Assembly (NCBI GenBank): GCA_036448795.1
Contig: JAZFXQ010000057.1
Span: 1-52,932 of the forward strand
DNA length: 52,932 nt
From: Candidatus Margulisiibacteriota bacterium
Lineage (GTDB): Bacteria > Margulisbacteria > WOR-1 > O2-12-FULL-45-9
Reading direction: 5' to 3'
Numbering within the stretch: the stretch's first letter is position 1; the number at the start of each line of letters is the position of its first letter. The notes under the pieces were generated by a model. It did not search any database and had not been told where the DNA came from. It worked only from the letters and a program-made list of their open reading frames with translations. Shown here piece after piece: positions 50,439 to 52,932 of the stretch. The position numbers were made by a program, and so were the translations under genes.

Positions 50439-51533
50439 ATGTGGGCTGAAGATGATCTAAAGTTCATGCGCGATGTCCTTTCTTTGGCCAAATCCGCTGA
50501 GGGCAGAACCGCCCCGGATCCTTTGGTGGGGGCGGTCTTGGTCAAAGATGGCAGGATTATTTCCATGGGCTATCATGGAGAGGTTACTACTCCTCATGCG
50601 GAAGAATGGGCTATCCAGAAGGCAGGCAAAAATGCCAGGGGGGCCATTCTTTATCTTAACCTGGAGCCCTGCTGCCATTACGGGAATAATCCTCCCTGCA
50701 CGGATCTAATTATTGGCTCGGGCATAAAAAAAGTAGTTGCCTCAATGAAAGATCCGAATCCCCTGGTAAATGGAAAGGGCTTCAGGAGTTTGAAACGGCA
50801 TGGCATCAAAGTCAGGGTGGGCCTGTTTGAGAAAGAGGCCACGAAATTAAATGAGGTCTTCATTAAATATATCACGACCAAAAAGCCTTTTGTGGTTTTA
50901 AAGTCCGCTATGACCATAGATGGGAAGATCGCCACTCGAACCGGAGCCAGCCGCTGGGTAGCCTCACTTACTTCTCGGAAATATGCTCATCACCTGCGCA
51001 ATATCTACGATGCGATCCTGGTGGGAGAAGGAACGGTTTTGATCGATAATCCCAAACTCACGGTTCGCCTGGTCAAGAGAATTAAGAACCCTATTCGGAT
51101 CGTTTTGGATGCCTATGCGCGAACTCCCCTGAGGGCCAATGTTTTGAATACCAGAGGGGCGAAGACCATTATTGTAGTTGGCCCCAAGGCCCCCAAAAAG
51201 AAGGTTCGAGCCCTGGAGAACAAAGGAGCTGAGATCTTAAGGCTTTCCGCGCCCAAGGGGAAAATTGACCTAAAGGCCTTGATGAGGAAACTGGGGAAGA
51301 GGCAGATAACCAGTCTTCTGATCGAAGGGGGCGGAGAGGTGAATGCCTCTTTTTTTGAGTCAGGCCTGGTAGATAAAGCCATCTTTGTGGTTTCCCCCAA
51401 GATCTTTGGTGGACGGGATGCCAAAACCCCAGTTGAAGGGGAAGGAATAAAGCTTCCCAAACAGGCTATCTGTTTGAAAAACACCCATCTTGAGCAGGCG
51501 GGCGAAGATATTTTAGTTACAGGCTATCTGTAA
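50439..51533 (+). CDS. ribD: bifunctional riboflavin biosynthesis deaminase/reductase RibD
   Basis: The deaminase zinc site is HAEEWAI...PCCHYGNNPPC. The reductase domain has TIDGKIATRTG and LLIEGGG. Confidence 0.9.
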   Translation: MWAEDDLKFMRDVLSLAKSAEGRTAPDPLVGAVLVKDGRIISMGYHGEVTTPHAEEWAIQKAGKNARGAILYLNLEPCCHYGNNPPCTDLIIGSGIKKVVASMKDPNPLVNGKGFRSLKRHGIKVRVGLFEKEATKLNEVFIKYITTKKPFVVLKSAMTIDGKIATRTGASRWVASLTSRKYAHHLRNIYDAILVGEGTVLIDNPKLTVRLVKRIKNPIRIVLDAYARTPLRANVLNTRGAKTIIVVGPKAPKKKVRALENKGAEILRLSAPKGKIDLKALMRKLGKRQITSLLIEGGGEVNASFFESGLVDKAIFVVSPKIFGGRDAKTPVEGEGIKLPKQAICLKNTHLEQAGEDILVTGYL

Positions 51534-51534
51534 T

Positions 51535-52812
51535 ATGTGCTACGCCATCCCCGGAAAAGTAGTAGAAATCTCCGGAAAAACTGCTGTGGTCGATTACTTC
51601 GGAGAAAAAAGAAGGGCCATAAATGAGCTGAAAAGCTTGAGGATCGGGGACTTCATTTATGCTCAGGGGGGATTTGTGATCTCCAAAGTCTCCGAGGCCG
51701 AGGCCAAGCAGATCCTGGATATGTGGCGGGAGATGTTTTTCGCCCTGCGAAAGACCGACCTCCGGCTTTCCCGCTTGGAATTTGATGATATCGGAATTGA
51801 CCGAAAGTTTGCCCTTATCCTGGATAAAGCCGCGGAAGGAATGCCGCTTAAAAGAGAGGAGCTCCTCCGCCTTTTGCAGGCTAATAATCGAAGGGAGCTG
51901 AACCTGCTCTTTAAAGTCGCTAACTTCCTTCGCCAGAAACACCTGAAGAATGCCTGCTGTGTGCATGGAATTATTGAGTTTTCCAATCATTGTCAAAATG
52001 ACTGTGTCTATTGCGGCATTCGAAAGAGCAACGCTTCCCTGCCAAGATACCGCATGTCTGAAGAAGAGATCCTCCAGGCCGTGGGCGAGGCCGTAAATAA
52101 GCATGGATTTAAGGCCCTGGTCCTTCAGTCAGGAGAAGACCCCTATTTTACTCCGGATAGGTTAGCCGGGATCATAAAGGAGATCAGGGAGAAGTTCGCG
52201 GTTCTCATATTTATTTCGGTGGGAGAAATAGGAAGGAAGGGGTTAACCAAGCTATACCAGGCCGGGGCAAGAGGAGTGCTTTTGCGTTTCGAAACCAGTA
52301 ATTCGGAATTGTACTCTAAGCTTCACAATAAAGACAGCTTGGAAGACCGCCTGCAGGATTTGAGGGATGCTTTTGAACTGGGCTACCTTATCCTGACCGG
52401 GGGATTGATCGGGCTTCCAGAACAAACTGAAGAGGATTTATTGAATGATATTTTGCTGACCAAAGAGCTAAAGGCTGAAATGTATACTTCCGGACCGGTC
52501 CTTCCGAAGGGCCCCAAAAGCGAATTGGTCTTAAAAGTCCTGGCAGTCAGCAGAATCGTTGATCCGGAGAACGCGAAGATCGTGGTCACTACTGGTTTTG
52601 AGACCCTGGATCAGGATGCCCGGCGTTTGGGTCTTCTGGCTGGCGCAAATTCCATGATGCTTAATGTGACTCCCATGAAATATCGAAGATTTTATAATAT
52701 CTATCCCGATCGAGCGCATGTAAATGAGAAAATTGAAGATCAGATTAAGGATGCTTTGGAAATTCTTTATTCTTTGGGAAGAGCCCCTACGGATTTAGGA
52801 GTTTCTCAATAA
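51535..52812 (+). CDS. hydE: fusion of a HypC/HupF-like domain (aa 1-~72) to a HydE-type radical SAM [FeFe]-hydrogenase maturase
   Basis: The N-terminus MCYAIPGKVVEISGKTAVVDYFG...GDFIYAQGGFVIS is the HypC signature with Cys2. It is followed by IEFSNHCQNDCVYCGIRKSN (CxxxCxxC), VLQSGEDPYF and a BioB/HydE-like TIM barrel, with no stop between the two parts. Confidence 0.78.
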   Translation: MCYAIPGKVVEISGKTAVVDYFGEKRRAINELKSLRIGDFIYAQGGFVISKVSEAEAKQILDMWREMFFALRKTDLRLSRLEFDDIGIDRKFALILDKAAEGMPLKREELLRLLQANNRRELNLLFKVANFLRQKHLKNACCVHGIIEFSNHCQNDCVYCGIRKSNASLPRYRMSEEEILQAVGEAVNKHGFKALVLQSGEDPYFTPDRLAGIIKEIREKFAVLIFISVGEIGRKGLTKLYQAGARGVLLRFETSNSELYSKLHNKDSLEDRLQDLRDAFELGYLILTGGLIGLPEQTEEDLLNDILLTKELKAEMYTSGPVLPKGPKSELVLKVLAVSRIVDPENAKIVVTTGFETLDQDARRLGLLAGANSMMLNVTPMKYRRFYNIYPDRAHVNEKIEDQIKDALEILYSLGRAPTDLGVSQ

Positions 52813-52932
52813 TTGCGAGGGTTTCTTCAACCTGGAAAGGCTTCTTGATGATCCCGTCAACTTTGTATTCTTTTCCCACAATTTCAGCCACATCTTCATT
52901 TATCCCGGTTAAGAAAACTACCGGGATCTTAG
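52787..52932 (-). CDS. response regulator receiver domain, C-terminal part only (runs off window)
   Basis: Reverse-strand reading gives ..KIPVVFLTGINEDVAEIVGKEYKVDGIIKKPFQVEETLAIIEKLLNP*, the typical beta4-alpha4-beta5 (K-P-F) end of a REC domain. It overlaps the hydE 3' end by 26 nt. Confidence 0.5.
   Translation of the reverse strand, partial: KIPVVFLTGINEDVAEIVGKEYKVDGIIKKPFQVEETLAIIEKLLNP

Noticed and set aside
51517-52104. 195-aa reverse-strand ORF inside hydE, together with similar long antisense ORFs (79-465, 10711-11274, 19723-20169, 20593-21018, 22371-22787, 28841-29164, 41838-42275, 47096-47533)
   Set aside because: They are shadow ORFs opposite strongly supported genes. They have low-complexity Ser/Pro/Arg-rich composition, no SD or promoter, and no recognisable motifs.

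Overview
Gene-dense 53-kb chromosomal segment with about 55 CDS, many joined by 1-8 nt start/stop overlaps. It reads like an uncultured anaerobic diderm bacterium: SLH-domain outer-membrane tether proteins, a secretin, acyl-CoA dehydrogenase with EtfBA, and a HydE-type [FeFe]-hydrogenase maturase. Most genes are recognisable housekeeping functions: yceD-rpmF-plsX, xerC/D-type recombinase, metK, smc, clpC-radA, rnc, pyrC, hisB, ruvB, lytic transglycosylase, galT, tlyA, nadK, rpe, ribD. I saw no rRNA, tRNA, CRISPR array, transposase or prophage genes. Structure not explained by ordinary annotation: (1) Six intergenic copies of one promoter-like motif, TGAAATTT-N12-GnCGATAw, which has the -10 element and spacing of sigma28/FliA/SigD promoters. 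Each is aimed at an orphan ORF (18968-19162, 23274-23852, 29214-30119, 42576-43003, 48425-49222, 49188-50360), so this looks like a dispersed regulon of unknown function. It includes a convergent, 3'-overlapping gene pair with a PD-(D/E)xK-like protein, and a hairpin-flanked cassette with a structured leader. (2) Heptanucleotide tandem-repeat arrays (AAATCCG/CGGATTT, TTGGTCA, CCCGCAT), several of them inside reading frames: tlyA, radA and the signal anchor of a surface protein. (3) A hinge-less 746-aa SMC translationally coupled to an 895-aa secreted protein built from about 16 tandem copies of a roughly 53-aa repeat. (4) Outer-membrane barrel proteins with C-terminal SLH domains. (5) A Hanks-type pseudokinase split from its PASTA sensor. 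(6) A HypC-HydE fusion. (7) Many extended -10 promoters (TGnTAnAAT) only 6-10 nt from start codons, implying leaderless mRNAs. All functional calls come from motif recognition by eye; no database search was run.
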